A stretch of DNA of 64,000 nucleotides from Rhodosorus marinus CCMP1338. Taxonomy: Eukaryota > Plantae > Rhodophyta. Shown here piece by piece: positions 1-13,037 of this stretch (the stretch's first letter is position 1; every line of letters begins with the position of its first letter). The notes under the pieces are model-generated. The model was not told the DNA's origin and did not search any database. It worked only from the letters and a program-made list of their open reading frames with translations. The DNA lies in assembly GCA_029953675.1 (NCBI GenBank), contig JAMWBK010000002.1, forward strand, positions 2,976,001 through 3,040,000. Reading direction: 5' to 3'. The translations under genes were made by a program, and so were the position numbers.

Positions 1-90
1 GCGGGAACTAGAATTTTCGATGACGGTCGTGTTATGTGTCGATTCTGACTGGTTTTTTTCTTTTTCACATCGCCTTTTTCCTGAGAACAG

Positions 91-795
91 CAAGTAAGAA
101 CTACCATGTCGGAGATTGTAGCGGCAGTGGAGAAGCTACACAGCATGAAAATTGTACACAGAGACTTAAAGCTTAAGAATATCCTTTGTACTAATGCGAA
201 CTTCCCACTTGAGGTAGGTCTTGAGTGCTTCGTTGAGTTGGGAAAGGAAGATCCACCATTTCTAATCGCTTTCCCAATCGCTCTACGCCAGGTTAAAATT
301 GCTGACTTCGGGCTCTCGAACTATGTGAGGGATGGATCGGTAGCCCTGAAGTCCCATGTGGGTTCCCCGCATTATGTAGCACCAGAGGTTCTCAAAAAGG
401 ATTGTAAATATGGGCCGGAGGTCGATCTGTGGTCATGCGGAGTTGTTTTGCACCTCATGTTCACCGGTAAGCCATGAATAGCTTTGTATTTTGACTTTTC
501 TGGTGTTTCTTGCTCCATTTTATCTGTTCGTATCTGTTCTGAAACTCAACTGGATGGGTTTTACGTGGATGACCCAGGTCGATATCCGTTCGACGGTGGA
601 ACGATAAAGGAGATTCTCGAATGTGTAGCTCGAGGGGACTTTAAGATGGACAGCCCCGCGTGGAAACTTGTATCTGAGGAGGGGAAGGAGTTCCTGAGGA
701 AACTGCTAACTGTGGACATTAGACAGCGCATGACTGCGACAGATGCTCTCAATCATTGCTGGATGACATCAGACAGACTCACGAGGAGGTCATGA
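91..795 (+). CDS. Ser/Thr protein kinase, CAMK group; 3' part only, gene begins upstream of the window
   Basis: Motifs HRDLKLKN, DFG, GSPHYVAPE and DLWSCGV. GT-AG introns at 214-291 and 467-577 join ...PLE|VKIADFG and MFT-G|RYPF. An acceptor at ~90 precedes the first visible exon. Confidence 0.9.
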
Positions 796-1226
796 AAACG
801 AGCTTCAAGTGAAAAGAAAGAAGGTTGACGTTCTGGTACACGGGAATGTTAGAAAGGTTCCTGTACCTGTCGTGGATATTGAACGGTCTACACACTATTT
901 AACGACTATTGAGTTTGTGTACGTAAATATGGAGCATGGTTTTATTATTATTTTGGATTTCGCTTGAAGGTTTAGGAGACACGTCTTAGCCCGTGATCCC
1001 CGCCGCCATAGCTCCTGACGTGAGAGTCCTGCCTTCATCGTGGTTTGACAAAGGCGGCTCTTGCGTGATGAGTAAACTTTTTCTCTCAGAGAACACCTTG
1101 AATCCGAATGTCTCAAGAATGTAGTGAGACATAGTCTTCCGAACGCTCGGGGGGCTCGGGGTGCCTACTTCTGATCTCAGGATGAGCGGTCTGCACAGAT
1201 GTAGTCTGATGAAGCTCGGTCGCAGG

Positions 1227-2299
1227 TTAGCCTTTGAAAGCTTTGGTGAACACTGCCTCGGAGTTCATCAAGAGACGCCTTCCGACTTCTTCTTCGGATA
1301 GCGACTTCACTTCGGCTACGCACGTCAAGGAGTGCACAATGTTGGAGGGAACGTTCCGGGTCCTTTGAACAGGACCTAACGCGGGCGCGTCTGTCTCTAG
1401 CAGAAGATTTTCCAAAGGGAGTCGCTCAACAAGCTTTCGCATATGCTCTGACTATATAGTGGCAACAGCAACGGTCTCGGAAACTGTTAGAAACCAGTGA
1501 ACGTGATCCGAGCACGCACCACGTGCGATAGAACGGGCTTAGCAACACGGGCATACTCTGGAAGCAGAAGGAGGGACACTGAACATAAAACTAGATTCCT
1601 CCACAGCCTTCAGCGCGTAGATTGGCCTCCCGTCAAAGGCGTGCATGACCACGTTTGAGAGTTCCAGGTTCTGCAAAAGTTTCAACGTGTGTTTCCCCGC
1701 CGACCTTGAGTGAACGGACATGGGTAGCCCAAACTCCTTCGCGAGTACAGCCTAGCCAATCGCACCAAGGGCGGCAGCTTGATTCAGAACTTTCGACTTG
1801 TTGAAGAGTATGACATGAACAGCACTATGAAGTACCTGTCTTTCTAACGCTGATCGTTGCCTGGCTTTAATGCACTCAGGTTCTCCATGGCCGTTTCTTA
1901 AAACATGAGGGCTGAAGTCGACTTGTTGGATCCGACAGAGGGGCTTTTATTAGCCTTGTGTGGCACGTTCGCTGGAATATTAAAGGAATACTTACGGCCG
2001 ACCTCAGAGATACCAAAAACTCTATCACTTTGTGCGCGTAGCAGCTTCTCGACCGCTTCGACCTCTTCAACGGCCTGGATGTCAGAAACACACGCGATTC
2101 TCTCCGGATGAATGCCGATGGCAGGTTTAAGGATTGGGAACCGATCGCCAAGGTTCACTACTCGCGGAAGGTCTTCTGCAGACGTGGAAACGTTCAAAAT
2201 TCCTACAACGCCGGCTCTCTCACACTCCTCTAGAACACCAACACGATCGGAGTCAAACTCTTCCGAAACGATGTGCGCATGAGAGTCAAAAAGTTTCAT
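1227..2299 (-). CDS. TATDN3: TatD-family DNase, TATDN3-like, multi-exon
   Basis: Motifs DSHAH, ISEVG|LDFSP, HSRSAG, HAFDG and LETDAPALGP lie in spliceable exons. Confidence 0.88.
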
Positions 2300-3093
2300 C
2301 TCATTGAATCAGAGTACTCACTAGTACGCAGTAAATTGAAGCTTGAACTCCCTTTCAAGATTCATGAAAGCAAAGTCAGGGTATTGAGCTCTGCCGACTT
2401 TCAGCTCGGCAAAACCGATATCAATCGATGAGGACAAGACCATAGGCACCCTGACGAAGAATAAGACAAGAGGCCGACCTAAGAAGGGGCGGGTTAGCAC
2501 GTCACGGCATTAGGGATCCAGGAGGACGGTGATCAACCTGTTCAATAAAAATTACAACGTCGCTGCTGTCTGCAATGAAGAGGTTTTCTCCGGAGGTATG
2601 CCGGTGCCCTCCCAACCCGTGGCAACCGGCAATCTCTTGTTACCACTGGTGTTGCGTACCATGAGCCTGGATTCTTTCTATAGAAATCGAGTACTTAAAA
2701 TTAGAGACAATACATCAAGTTTCTTTGGCATCCACTGCTCAACCGAGCTAGGTCTTTGTTGCTCTGTGCTCGACAACCACGAGCCACTTCCACCCAAGTA
2801 GACCACGGCATTCTAATGATAAATATGTTCTATTTTTCAAATTTATTATATTGAAAAATAAAATAATTAAAAGTAAAAATCTATTTTATTTCTATATTAC
2901 TTAAGAATGAACTATTCGATTTTGATCGATTTAAATATATTATTTATAAAAATATGGAATATCATTTATTTCCAATGAAGGATTGCATTCTAAGGCAATC
3001 CATTTTCCAGAAATTCGGTGGGCTTGTTGGTTTGATCTAGGGCAAAGGGTTCGTAGGGCGGGCCCGAGCAGAGTGTTACTGCTGTGTTTAGGA

Positions 3094-4879
3094 TCAGACT
3101 AAAACGACACCTGAATCAACATCGCTGGTTTCTTCATATCCACGCTGGCGGAGTGCGGGCAGTACTTCGTCTTCGATGAACTCGACGACTTGTTCGGGTG
3201 CCCTGCCGACGAAGAGTGACGAGTCCAAGTACATGTCGAGGTCTCGTAGTAGGCTGCTGAACAACGGGTCCTTACGGATCCTCTCAATCAAATCGTTGCT
3301 CGCTCCTTCAGCTTTCACCTTCTGCCCAGCTGCCATCGAGTGTTGACGAATCGCTTCATGAAGTGCCTGTTTACGCAGGCAGAACGAAGGCAACGGCTTG
3401 TGAGCGTTTGCATCTCAAAAGGTTCCACGTACATTCTAGAAGTCCTTGAAGAAGCTTTTACAAACCTGTCGATCCCCTCCTTTACGAGTAGCTGCCATCA
3501 GAATCGTCTCGGTGGCCATGAAAGGAAGCTCTTCTTCAAGGTGCCGCTGTATAACCTTCGGGTAGACGACGAGACCGGAGGTGACGTTCAGCGCAAGCTG
3601 CAGAAGTGCATCGGATGTTAAAAACGCTTCCGAAATTGCGAGGCGGCGATTTGCGCTGTCGTCCAGGGTCCTCTCCAGCCACTGTGTCGACGCAGTTTCC
3701 GCGGGATTGATCACAAGCGACTGAAGGAATCTTGAGAGTGAGCTCATTCGCTCGGACCGCATTGGATTTCGCTTGTAGGCCATCGCGCTGGACCCAATCT
3801 GGGTCTTTTCAAACGGCTCCTCAACCTCTTTCATGTGCTGCAATAGGCGAACATCGTTTGCCATCTTTGAGCAGCTCTGCCCAATCCCCGCAAGGGCTGC
3901 TACGACGGTGAAATCCTGTTTTCTAGTATATGTTTGACCAGTAATAGACCACTTCTTCTCAAAGTCCATCTCTTTGGTTATCATTTCATCCAGCGTCTTC
4001 ACGGCATTGTGATCTCCGTTGAAAAGGCTCAGAAATGAAGCTTGAGTTCCAGTCGTCCCTTTAACCCCGCGAAACTTCAGCTCGTTTCTGACTTGTTCCA
4101 GTTTCATCGCATCGTACATAAAATCTTGAGCCCACAAACAGGCTCTCTTCCCTAAAGTTGTTGGTTGAGCTGGCTGGTAGTGAGTATACGCCAACGTCGC
4201 CAGGTCCTTGTGCTCCATAGCAAACTTTGAGAGGTTCCTAACGACGTTCCAAATTTGCGGAATGAGTAGATCAAGAGCGTTCCTCATCTGAATGAGCTCA
4301 GAATTGTCCGTGATGTAACAGGAAGTGGCCCCAAGATGGATGATTCCCTTCGCTGACGGTGCTTGCTCTCCGAAAGTGTGTACGTGGGCCATGACATCGT
4401 GCCTGAGCTCTCGCTCATACCGACCTGCCATTTCCAGGTCGACGTCCGGGGCCTCCCGTAAAGCTTCTACCTTTGAACAAAAACCGGCAGACGCCGTCAG
4501 CGACTGGACTCTGCTCCTTTTGAACCTCACCGATTTCTGCCAAGCAAACCTGTTCGTCTGTAATTTCCACTCCAAGTGCACGCTCGCTGTCTGCTAGAGC
4601 GATCCACAGCTTCCGCCAGAGTCTGAACCTGTAAAGATCAGAAAACACCGTGCGCATTTCGATCGATGCATATCTCGTTGAGAGCGGCGACTGATACACT
4701 GGCGGTTGCTGTTCGTCTGCAGAAGGCGACTCCCCATTAGATCCACTCGAACTCGCACTGGCCCGAACCTCACAAACAAACCTCCGTCTGCCACTCCTTA
4801 TCTTGCATTTCTGAGCTCTTCTCTCCAAACCTCGGCCTCGAAGACCCACACAATTACAGAACCCAAATCGAGGTTCCAT
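3094..4879 (-). CDS. ADSL: Adenylosuccinate lyase with an N-terminal plastid-like transit peptide, multi-exon
   Basis: [35 protein letters not shown] and signature [19 protein letters not shown] at 4879 (MEPRFGFC...). Confidence 0.95.
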
Positions 4880-5160
4880 TGAACAAAAGTACAACAGACT
4901 AAACCAAAGCAAACACGCAAACAAAAAAATTAGAACACAGGGCCTCTGGTGAAGAAAACCAGATGCTTATAGACAGAAGATCAAGATAAACTAAAATTAC
5001 AGATTTCAGTTGAAAAACAAACAAAACACCGCTTCACCTCTCTCTCCCTCTTCCCCGTATTCGCTGTCGATCTTCTTCATCACCAATGGTATCACATGGC
5101 AATGTGACCACGGCGGTGATGGAAAAAAATCTCATTTCTGCATGGGTGGCATCCCAATGT

Positions 5161-5575
5161 CACCTGATGTTCTGGACAGAGATTGACGATGGACTAGTGT
5201 ATGGGGTGGATGAAAAATCTAGTAAGCGCTGAAGATGGACTGGGCTTCAACCCTCCGTGGATGGCCCCATGGGGTGACCGGGGTCTCAATGGCGTGACTG
5301 CCCTCCCCAAAATGTCAGCTGCTGTTCTAGGAGCGGAGACTGACGATGGACTAGTGCTTCCGTGGATGGCCTCATGGCGTGGTCGGGGTTTCAAGCCGCT
5401 TGATTTCCATCCAAAAACGTCAGCTGTGTTCTCGGCTGAGACTGACGATGGAGTTGTGTGTGTTCAGGTGAGTTAATTATCTGGTAAGAGCTGGGGATGG
5501 ACTTGCCTTCAACCCTCTGTGGACCAGTACATGGCGCGCGATCGGGGTTTCACTGCCTCCCATTGAATGACAACG
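5161..5575. repeat. Degenerate tandem repeat: about 3 copies of a ~155-bp unit, middle copy internally deleted
   Basis: gaga(t/c)tgacgatgga occurs 3 times; ccgtggatggcc(c/t)catgg twice plus a diverged third; atct(a/g)gtaag(c/a)gctg..gatggact...cttcaaccctc twice (~5218, ~5478); gtcagctg twice. Confidence 0.8.
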
Positions 5576-5912
5576 TCATTTGACGTCATGAGGACGGTGA
5601 CGATCGAATAGGATTGATCGCCTATTGGAGCGGGTGTGGCAGGAGACGGTCATCCAGTACATCAAACGGCTTGAGACCACGGCGGAGGACGAGATTTGAT
5701 TGCCGCTATCGAGTACTAAGTTGGTAGCTAGAGGATCGGAAAAGCAAGGTAGCGCTTGAGCGTCCCGCATTCGATACATTGACGCGTTCTTTTATCAACT
5801 ACGGAGCGGGTGTCTCTGATGTCCTGTCGTTGTTAGAAAACGTGACTTCATACGCAAGAAAAAAGCTGCGTAACCAGTTCTGTTCTCCGTCCAGGGAGAA
5901 AATTATTTACAT

Positions 5913-7542
5913 CTACTTGAAAAGCTTCTTGAGACTCATGTTGCTCTCAGCGTCCTTCCTCATAACCTTCGACACGGCCATCTCAAAGTCCTCCTGAGTC
6001 ACATGCACACGTCTCTCCCGAAGCGCATACATTCCCGCTTCCGTACAAACGGCCTTCATCTCCGCTCCGCTGGCGCCGTTCATATTCTTCGCAATCTTGC
6101 CCAAGTCGATTCCTCTCATGAGGTTCATCTTTCTGGAGTGGATCTTAACAATGTCAAGGCGAGCTTCTTCGTTCGGGTTCGGGAACTCGATCTTTCGATC
6201 TATTCTGCCTGGACGCAACAACGCGGGGTCCAGAATATCGATTCTGTTCGTTGCCATCAAAACCTGCGCGAAAACAGTTCGATTCGACTTGAGGCATGGT
6301 CCCTCAGAACATTGGCAAGCTCTGAGCACTGCCTCGCTCTCAGTCTTACCTTGATATTCTTTGTTGGCTCGAAACCGTCCAACTGATTGAGAAGTTCCAA
6401 CATAGTGCGCTGAACCTCAGAATCTCCAGATCCGCCTCCGGATGAGTTCATTCTCGAGCCACCAATGGAATCGATTTCGTCCATAAAGATAATCGACGGG
6501 GCGTGTTCTCTAGCCATGACGAACAGCTCTCTGACCATTCGGCTACCTTCACCAATGTATTTCTGCACAAGCTCAGAGCCGGAAACCCGAATGAAAGTAC
6601 AATCCGTGTGATGCGCAACGGCACGAGCGAGGAGCGTTTTCCCTTTTTTGGAGCAAAAAAAATTAAAATCGGGTATCCAAAGAACTTAGCACGCGATCGT
6701 TTGCTGTATTGCCGAATCTAAGTTGTGGGGATTTGGCGATGCACCTGCTTACCTGTTCCTGGGGGGCCGTAAAGAATGACACCTTTCGGTTGGGCAATGC
6801 CAAGCGACTCGAAGAGTTCGGGGTGTTTAATGGGAAGTTCAATAACCTCCTTGATTTCCTTGATTTGTTTCTCCAGACCGCCAATCATCTCGTATGTGGA
6901 ATCGGGCACTTTTTCGACTCTCATGAGTGATACGAGCGGGTCAACCTTACTCGGCAGGATCTTGTGGAGTGTATACGTGTCATTTCTCAGAGCAACACGA
7001 GCGGTCGCCGATACTTTGTTGATATCTATGTTCTTATCGAGGTCTACGACATATTTGCCCTCCGGGTGCACCTTGACCAGGACTTTCTTCTTCCCCATAA
7101 TCTTCACCACCTCACCAACGTACGAGCCGGGTTCCTGCAGCAGTTGCAATTCTTCTCGAAGGTTTCGAACTAAACGAACGTACGGAAGAGAGAAAAAGAA
7201 TATTGTAAGCGTACGCAGGATTCACAGCACCTTAACGAAGATCTATGGCAGCCAAGATCGACTGCAGAACGACGCGCTCTTGTTCGATCGAACCGAACAA
7301 GGATGAGCCGTTGTTCGTGGTCACAAACTTGCGCCCAGTCGGCCATCTTCATCACAAAACATCTAAGTTTTCTGCCCAAGCCCACCTTTTGAATTGATCT
7401 CATTTCTCTGCGCCTCAAGTCGACGAAAATTCTCACTCTTATCTCTTATCTTGCTCTCCAACTCATCCAACTTCGCATCATAGTACCCTTTCAGCAACGC
7501 CGAGTTGTTTCCACTCGAAACCTCAACACCGGACGAATCCAT
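5913..7542 (-). CDS. RPT6: 26S proteasome AAA-ATPase subunit RPT6 (PSMC5), multi-exon
   Basis: [19 protein letters not shown]|KT (Walker A), IIFMDEIDS (Walker B), [12 protein letters not shown] and C-terminal NMSLKKLFK. Confidence 0.97.
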
Positions 7543-8663
7543 CCTCCCTCTCTCTCTCAAACTCCCACCCAACCAACCAACACGAAAATCAAAATTACCC
7601 CTCTTGCTTTAACAAACAAACAAAAATCAAATATCTAGTACGACCAAAGTCTATGCACTCATCGCTAAATCTTACCCTCTTCCTCCCACATATACCCTCC
7701 TCTATCTTCTTCTCCGATCCAATCCCTCGTCCTCACCGAATCCCTCATCATCGAAGCCCCCCTTTGAAGTACAAACTTTCGGTGATAGCCAACAGCAAGC
7801 TTGCCAAAAAAGGGGGTATTTCTATCTTTGAAGGTCATAAAAATGGTGTGATATACCAAAATATAGTAAAATATCTATCAATACATTAAATTATAGAAAT
7901 AATAGTCTTATGGGGAAGTTAAATAACCTCATTTTCTTAATATACGACAGTTTGGAATGACCTGATTTAAGAATAAAAGAAGAATATAGTTCTAATTAAG
8001 AGTTAGTTTGATTTGATTTGTTTTTATAGATTTTTTGTAGGTATAGATTGTCTAGATTTTCTAGAATATGGATGTTGGCGGAGAGGTTTGGTGAATGCAG
8101 ATGGATGAAGTTGTCGACATTACCGGTCGTGAAGACGGTATCGTACGACTTAGGCGTCACCGATGTAAAGATATGACTTTCTTATTTGGTGGTGTCTGTA
8201 GGATTGTCCCTTCTATTGTTCCTGATCTGAGAGGTCCTTGAATCATCTTCGTTCCCGAGAGCGAGGGAGGCCCCGTTCCAAGGCAGCTGAGTCAGTTCCA
8301 ACGTATGGAGTAAGCTCCCTTTGCTTTGATCCTGCTTGATCTTGGTTAAACGTTAGAGTAACAGTTCAAGACTGTCGCTAGTCATGACCATTCTCGTAGT
8401 CGGAAGTGGTACCTTCCCAGTCAGCTCAGTCCTCGTATGTTAGTAAAAGCCAGGGCGGGAAATGGTGTACAAACCGGATTCGATCTTTGCGAAGGAGAAG
8501 GTTGACTAGGTTTCTCTTGAGACATCTTTCCTCTGATGAGCGGGATAAATATCAAGTGGTCGAGGGATTGATTTGTGTACAAGTTTTGACGAGATTCTCC
8601 CTGGATCCGTTTTGATCGTTGATTTCAGATTGGGATTCTTGGTGTCTTTTTGGGTTTCCAGAC

Positions 8664-10557
8664 ATGCCGAGGGAGATCATAACTCTGCAGGTCGGACAGT
8701 GTGGAAATCAGAGTAAGAAAAATGCTTGGATCCTCGCAACCCTAGCTGATCGCCGTTTGCGCGCGCTTAGAATTTCTTGACGCTGACCAGTTTGTTTTGT
8801 TTCTTTTCTGGTGGTTCTTTCAGTCGGGACTGAGTTTTGGAAGCAACTGTGTCTTGAACATGGGATCGACGCTCATAACGGAGTACTTGAGGATTATGCT
8901 GGGGAGTCTGTGAGCGACCGGAAGGACGTCTTCTTCTATCAGGTATATGGTGCACCATATATGCAACTGCCGTAGAAAGATCGTAAGTACCTCGCTGACA
9001 TTGATATCCATCCGCTTCATTTTCAGGCTGACGATGAGCACTACGTACCCCGCGCTCTGCTCATCGATCTGGAGCCACGGGTAATCAATGGCATTCGCAC
9101 GCGTTATAAAAACCTTTACAACCCTGAGAATATCTTCGTTTCCCCCACCGGAGGAGGTGCAGGGAATAATTGGGCATCGGGCTATCGGCAGGTATGCTTG
9201 CTGTGCTGCGGTTTGCACTTTAAACACGTTGAGCGTTAACTCATTCCCGGTTCGCTATTTCGCAACAGGGACAAGACCACGAGGAACAGCTGCTGGATAT
9301 GATTGATCGCGAAGCGGAGGGATCAGATTCTCTTGAAGGGTTCACGCTTTGCCACTCAATAGCTGGAGGAACCGGTTCCGGTCTCGGCTCTTATCTGTTG
9401 GAGATGCTCAATGACAAATTTCCTCGCAAGCTCATTCAGACATACTCGGTTTTCCCTAACCAACAAGATCTGAGCGACGTTGTCGTTGAACCGTACAATT
9501 CTATGCTCACCCTGAAGAGGTTGACTGTCAATGTGGACTCTGTCGTTGTTCTGGACAACACAGCATTGAATCGTATTGCAACGGACCGTTTGCATCTTGA
9601 GAATCCTACGTTCGCCCAGGTGAACTCGCTGGTCTCCACAGTTATGGCGGCGAGCACCTCCACGTTGAGATTTCCGGGATACATGAACAACGACCTCGTA
9701 GGCCTAATTGCTTCCCTGATACCCGTCCCTCGTTGTCACTTCCTGATGACTGGTTACACGCCTCTGACCTTGTACGAAGGGGATCGTGCTGGCGAGAGTC
9801 AGGTAAGGCTGAGAAAGCGATTGCAAGACAGCCCACCAGAGCAAGGCAGGTTCATTTTCTAAGTTGTCTTGCTTGCGATATCTCTCAGGTGAGAAAAACT
9901 TCGGTCCTGGACGTCATGCGACGACTATTGCAACCACAGAATCTCATGGTTTCGGTGCCAGTTAAGAAAGGGTGTTATATGTCTATTCTGAACGTCATCC
10001 AAGGGGAGGTGGACCCGAGTCAAGTAAGCCTACTCAGAACATATTTTATGTGGAGGGGAAATGATTCTAAGCATTGGACGCGCTCGCAAAATGGCCCTCC
10101 AGGTTCACAAGAGTCTGCAGCGTATACGTGAGAGAAAACTCGCCAGTTTCATTGGCTGGGGCCCTGCCAGTATTCAAGTAGCCCTTGCAAGGAGGTCCCC
10201 CTATCTCCCCCAATCCAACCGCGTCAGTGGACTGATGCTTGCCAATCACACGTCAATCTACACGTTGTTCGCGCGGGCTTTGAATCAGTACGACAAGCTT
10301 CGCAAGAGAAACGCCTTCCTCGACAACTACCGTAGTGAATCGATGTTTGAAAATGGCCTGGACGAGTTTGATTCCTCCAGAGAGGTAAGAATTTTTGGGT
10401 CATAACAGGGTTACAGCGATACGTCGACTTACAATGAATCCATATGCTATAGGTCGTTCACGATCTTATGGAAGAGTACAAGGCAGCGGAGTACGATGAT
10501 TATGTTTCCCGGGTGATGGGAACGGAAAGCCCGAACACAACGGAGATTGCACGTTAG
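8664..10557 (+). CDS. TUBG1: Gamma-tubulin, multi-exon
   Basis: [16 protein letters not shown]|[32 protein letters not shown] and [10 protein letters not shown]. Last exon 10453-10557. Confidence 0.97.
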
Positions 10558-11755
10558 GTTCCAGGTGATGCGATCCGTTGGCGCTTGCTGAACGAGTGGT
10601 TCCGCCCCAGGATCTTGTGAGCTTTCAGTCAAAGCTCGAAGGTCAACGTCCGGAGGTATATATGAATAGACGCGGGGCTCAAAATTGGGTAACTCTTGTG
10701 CGCGGTTTGGCCACCTCTTGGACATCTTTCGGTGCGCATTTTCGACCATACAGAAGGCCCATCGTGGTATATGATGTAGGAATCGGAGACTGCACCGAAT
10801 CTGGACTTGCGCATACCTTACTACAGGAGATTCTGTAAAGACCGATTTTGGGTGTACCGAACGCGGCCATCAACCACGGTAAGACTCTGTTAAACTTAAA
10901 GAACTGTGCTGGAAATATTTGTCATGTGGTGATTGCAGGACATCATGCTGTCCTTTCAAATGGAAGGTTTGGCTGAGGCAGTGCTAATGTCCGATGACAA
11001 CATGCCCGTGTCCCACGAAACGACTTGTCCCATTGATATCCTGGAATACCCAACGGACTACGATTTTCATTCAAAAATCTAGTCCCTATTTACTTCATTC
11101 TTTTACCCTTTGCCGTCAACTTGTCAATTCGTTGGCGTGCTAAGCGAGCTTCATGTAGTACCCCTCAGATAAAGTCGTGCCCGTACAAATTCAGGATTAA
11201 TTTTATATTATCGCTGAAAAACTAAAATATCTTACGAACGCAAGACCCCACAGTAAAAACTGTATCCGACCAGAATTTACAAACTGAGGAAGGGGTAAAA
11301 CTAGAATCCACAGCATTACCAGTATAACGATAATCATAAACTGAATACGATCCAGATGCGAAAGGATTCGCTGAATAAAAGAAAAGAAATCTGATTACTA
11401 TTCATCGTATGTGATAGAAACCATTTCAACGATAAGTGTCACCGCCGGAGTATGGCACCTTTTGATGACACTTATAGTGTGTTATTGGTGCAGAAGATTC
11501 CAAATAGTTTTCGTTTTAAGAAGGCATAGGATTCGGTATCATCTACATGTCACCTCGATTGAGGTCGTTCTGTTTTTGGTCGTCAGAGTTTGGTGCGGTT
11601 ATTGTAATCGGTCGGTGGGGAGGGTGAAGTGGTGGGGGATGACGTTGTAGTACCATAATAGTAGATCTCGTTTACCCTTTTGGATTTTGGAATCAGAGTT
11701 GTTTTTGAGCGAGGATTAGTTGAATTGTGTGTTTGGTTTTAGTCAAGGAAATACG

Positions 11756-12677
11756 ATGGTGAAGTTCGAGAATTTGCCTGCGAAGGATGGACTGGTGGCC
11801 TTGGACAGCTACCTGCTGACTTCGAGCTACGTTGACGGGTACGTATGAGAAGGCCTTTCAGTTTGTATTTTTATGGCGGAGAAGCCCTGTAGATAATTTT
11901 CTAGATGACGATTGGATTGCGTTTGTCCGAGTGGGAAGAAATCTCAAAAATGGCGTTTGATTCTTTATCTGGATAGTGTCGAGCCGACGAAGGAGGATAT
12001 TGCCGTTGCCAAACAGATCCCTGAGGCGTCAATTGAGGGATATGAGAACATTGCTCGATGGTTCAAGCACATCCTGTCGTTTTCTGAGGAAGAGCGGTAA
12101 GCCCAATGATTTCCTAATGCTTTCGCGCTTCTGTGTTGGCGCTCCTTCGCTCTTGTTGGTCGCTGAATCTTTTCCTCCTTCTCACGTTTCGAAAAACAGG
12201 AGCCACTTCCCTGGGGATGATGCTCCCGCAGCCGCCGCCAAGGAAGAAGACGGTGAAGACGAGTTTGACGCGGATGATCTGTTCGGGGACGATGAAGACG
12301 AAGATGAGGAGGCTTACAAGCTTCAGCAGGCTCGAGCTGAGGCCGCCCTGAAGGCAAAGGAGGAGCGAGACGCCGCCAAGGCAGCCAGTGGGAAGAAGAA
12401 GGAGGAGCCGAAGTCTCAGATTATCTTCGACATCAAGCCGTGGGATGACGAGACTAACCTGGACGAGATGGAGAAATCAGTTCGGGAAATTGACATTGAG
12501 GGAGCTACATGGGGAGCTGCTAAGAAGGTGGCAATTGGATATGGTATTCAGAAGATCCAGATTATCTGTACTATTTTGGACAACAAGGTCCCGTCCACAG
12601 AAATCATTGAGGAGAGAATTGTCGAACTTGAAGACTACGTTCAGTCAGTCGATGTCGCAGCCTTCAACAAGCTCTAA
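11756..12677 (+). CDS. EEF1B: Translation elongation factor 1-beta (eEF1B), 3 exons
   Basis: N-terminal LDSYLLTSSYVDG, acidic DDLFGDDEDED and GEF domain KSQIIFDIKPWDDET...QSVDVAAFNKL. Confidence 0.96.
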
Positions 12678-13037
12678 TTTCAGGGCTATTATGGATAAAA
12701 GCAAAATGAAAATTGGCAAGAACTTTCGTTCGCCAAAGCTTGACGACAAGGGTGCAGACTCTGCACAGTATGGTGGTTGTTGCCAGCCGGGAGTCTTGCT
12801 TCAACCTTCGTGGTACTGCTTTCCCATGTGAAAGTCGAGCGTCGGCTAAAAAAAAAAGATTAGTTTTGCTTATACTTTCTTCAAGAGGTTCAGGCATGCA
12901 AAGAAGGCTCCCCCATAACACTGGTTAAATCACGGAACAACTAGTAAAGCAGCTACTTAGCAAGCGCTTGTCCGATACCTTCTAGACTTCCGATGCGTAA
13001 TATTTTCACAGGCTTCACACGGCAAACGTTGAAAGAA

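Noticed and set aside
2831-2860. 10-bp AT-rich inverted repeat; also a 14-bp palindrome at 16129-16142
   Set aside because: Short and AT-rich inside AT-rich cores, so within chance expectation.
5161-5575. CRISPR-like repeat-spacer array
   Set aside because: The units are long and degenerate, the intervening sequences are themselves homologous rather than unique spacers, there are no cas-like ORFs, and the context is eukaryotic.
10578-10873. Overlapping 60-100 aa ORFs just after gamma-tubulin
   Set aside because: No recognisable motifs, mostly non-ATG starts, and the position fits a 3'UTR.
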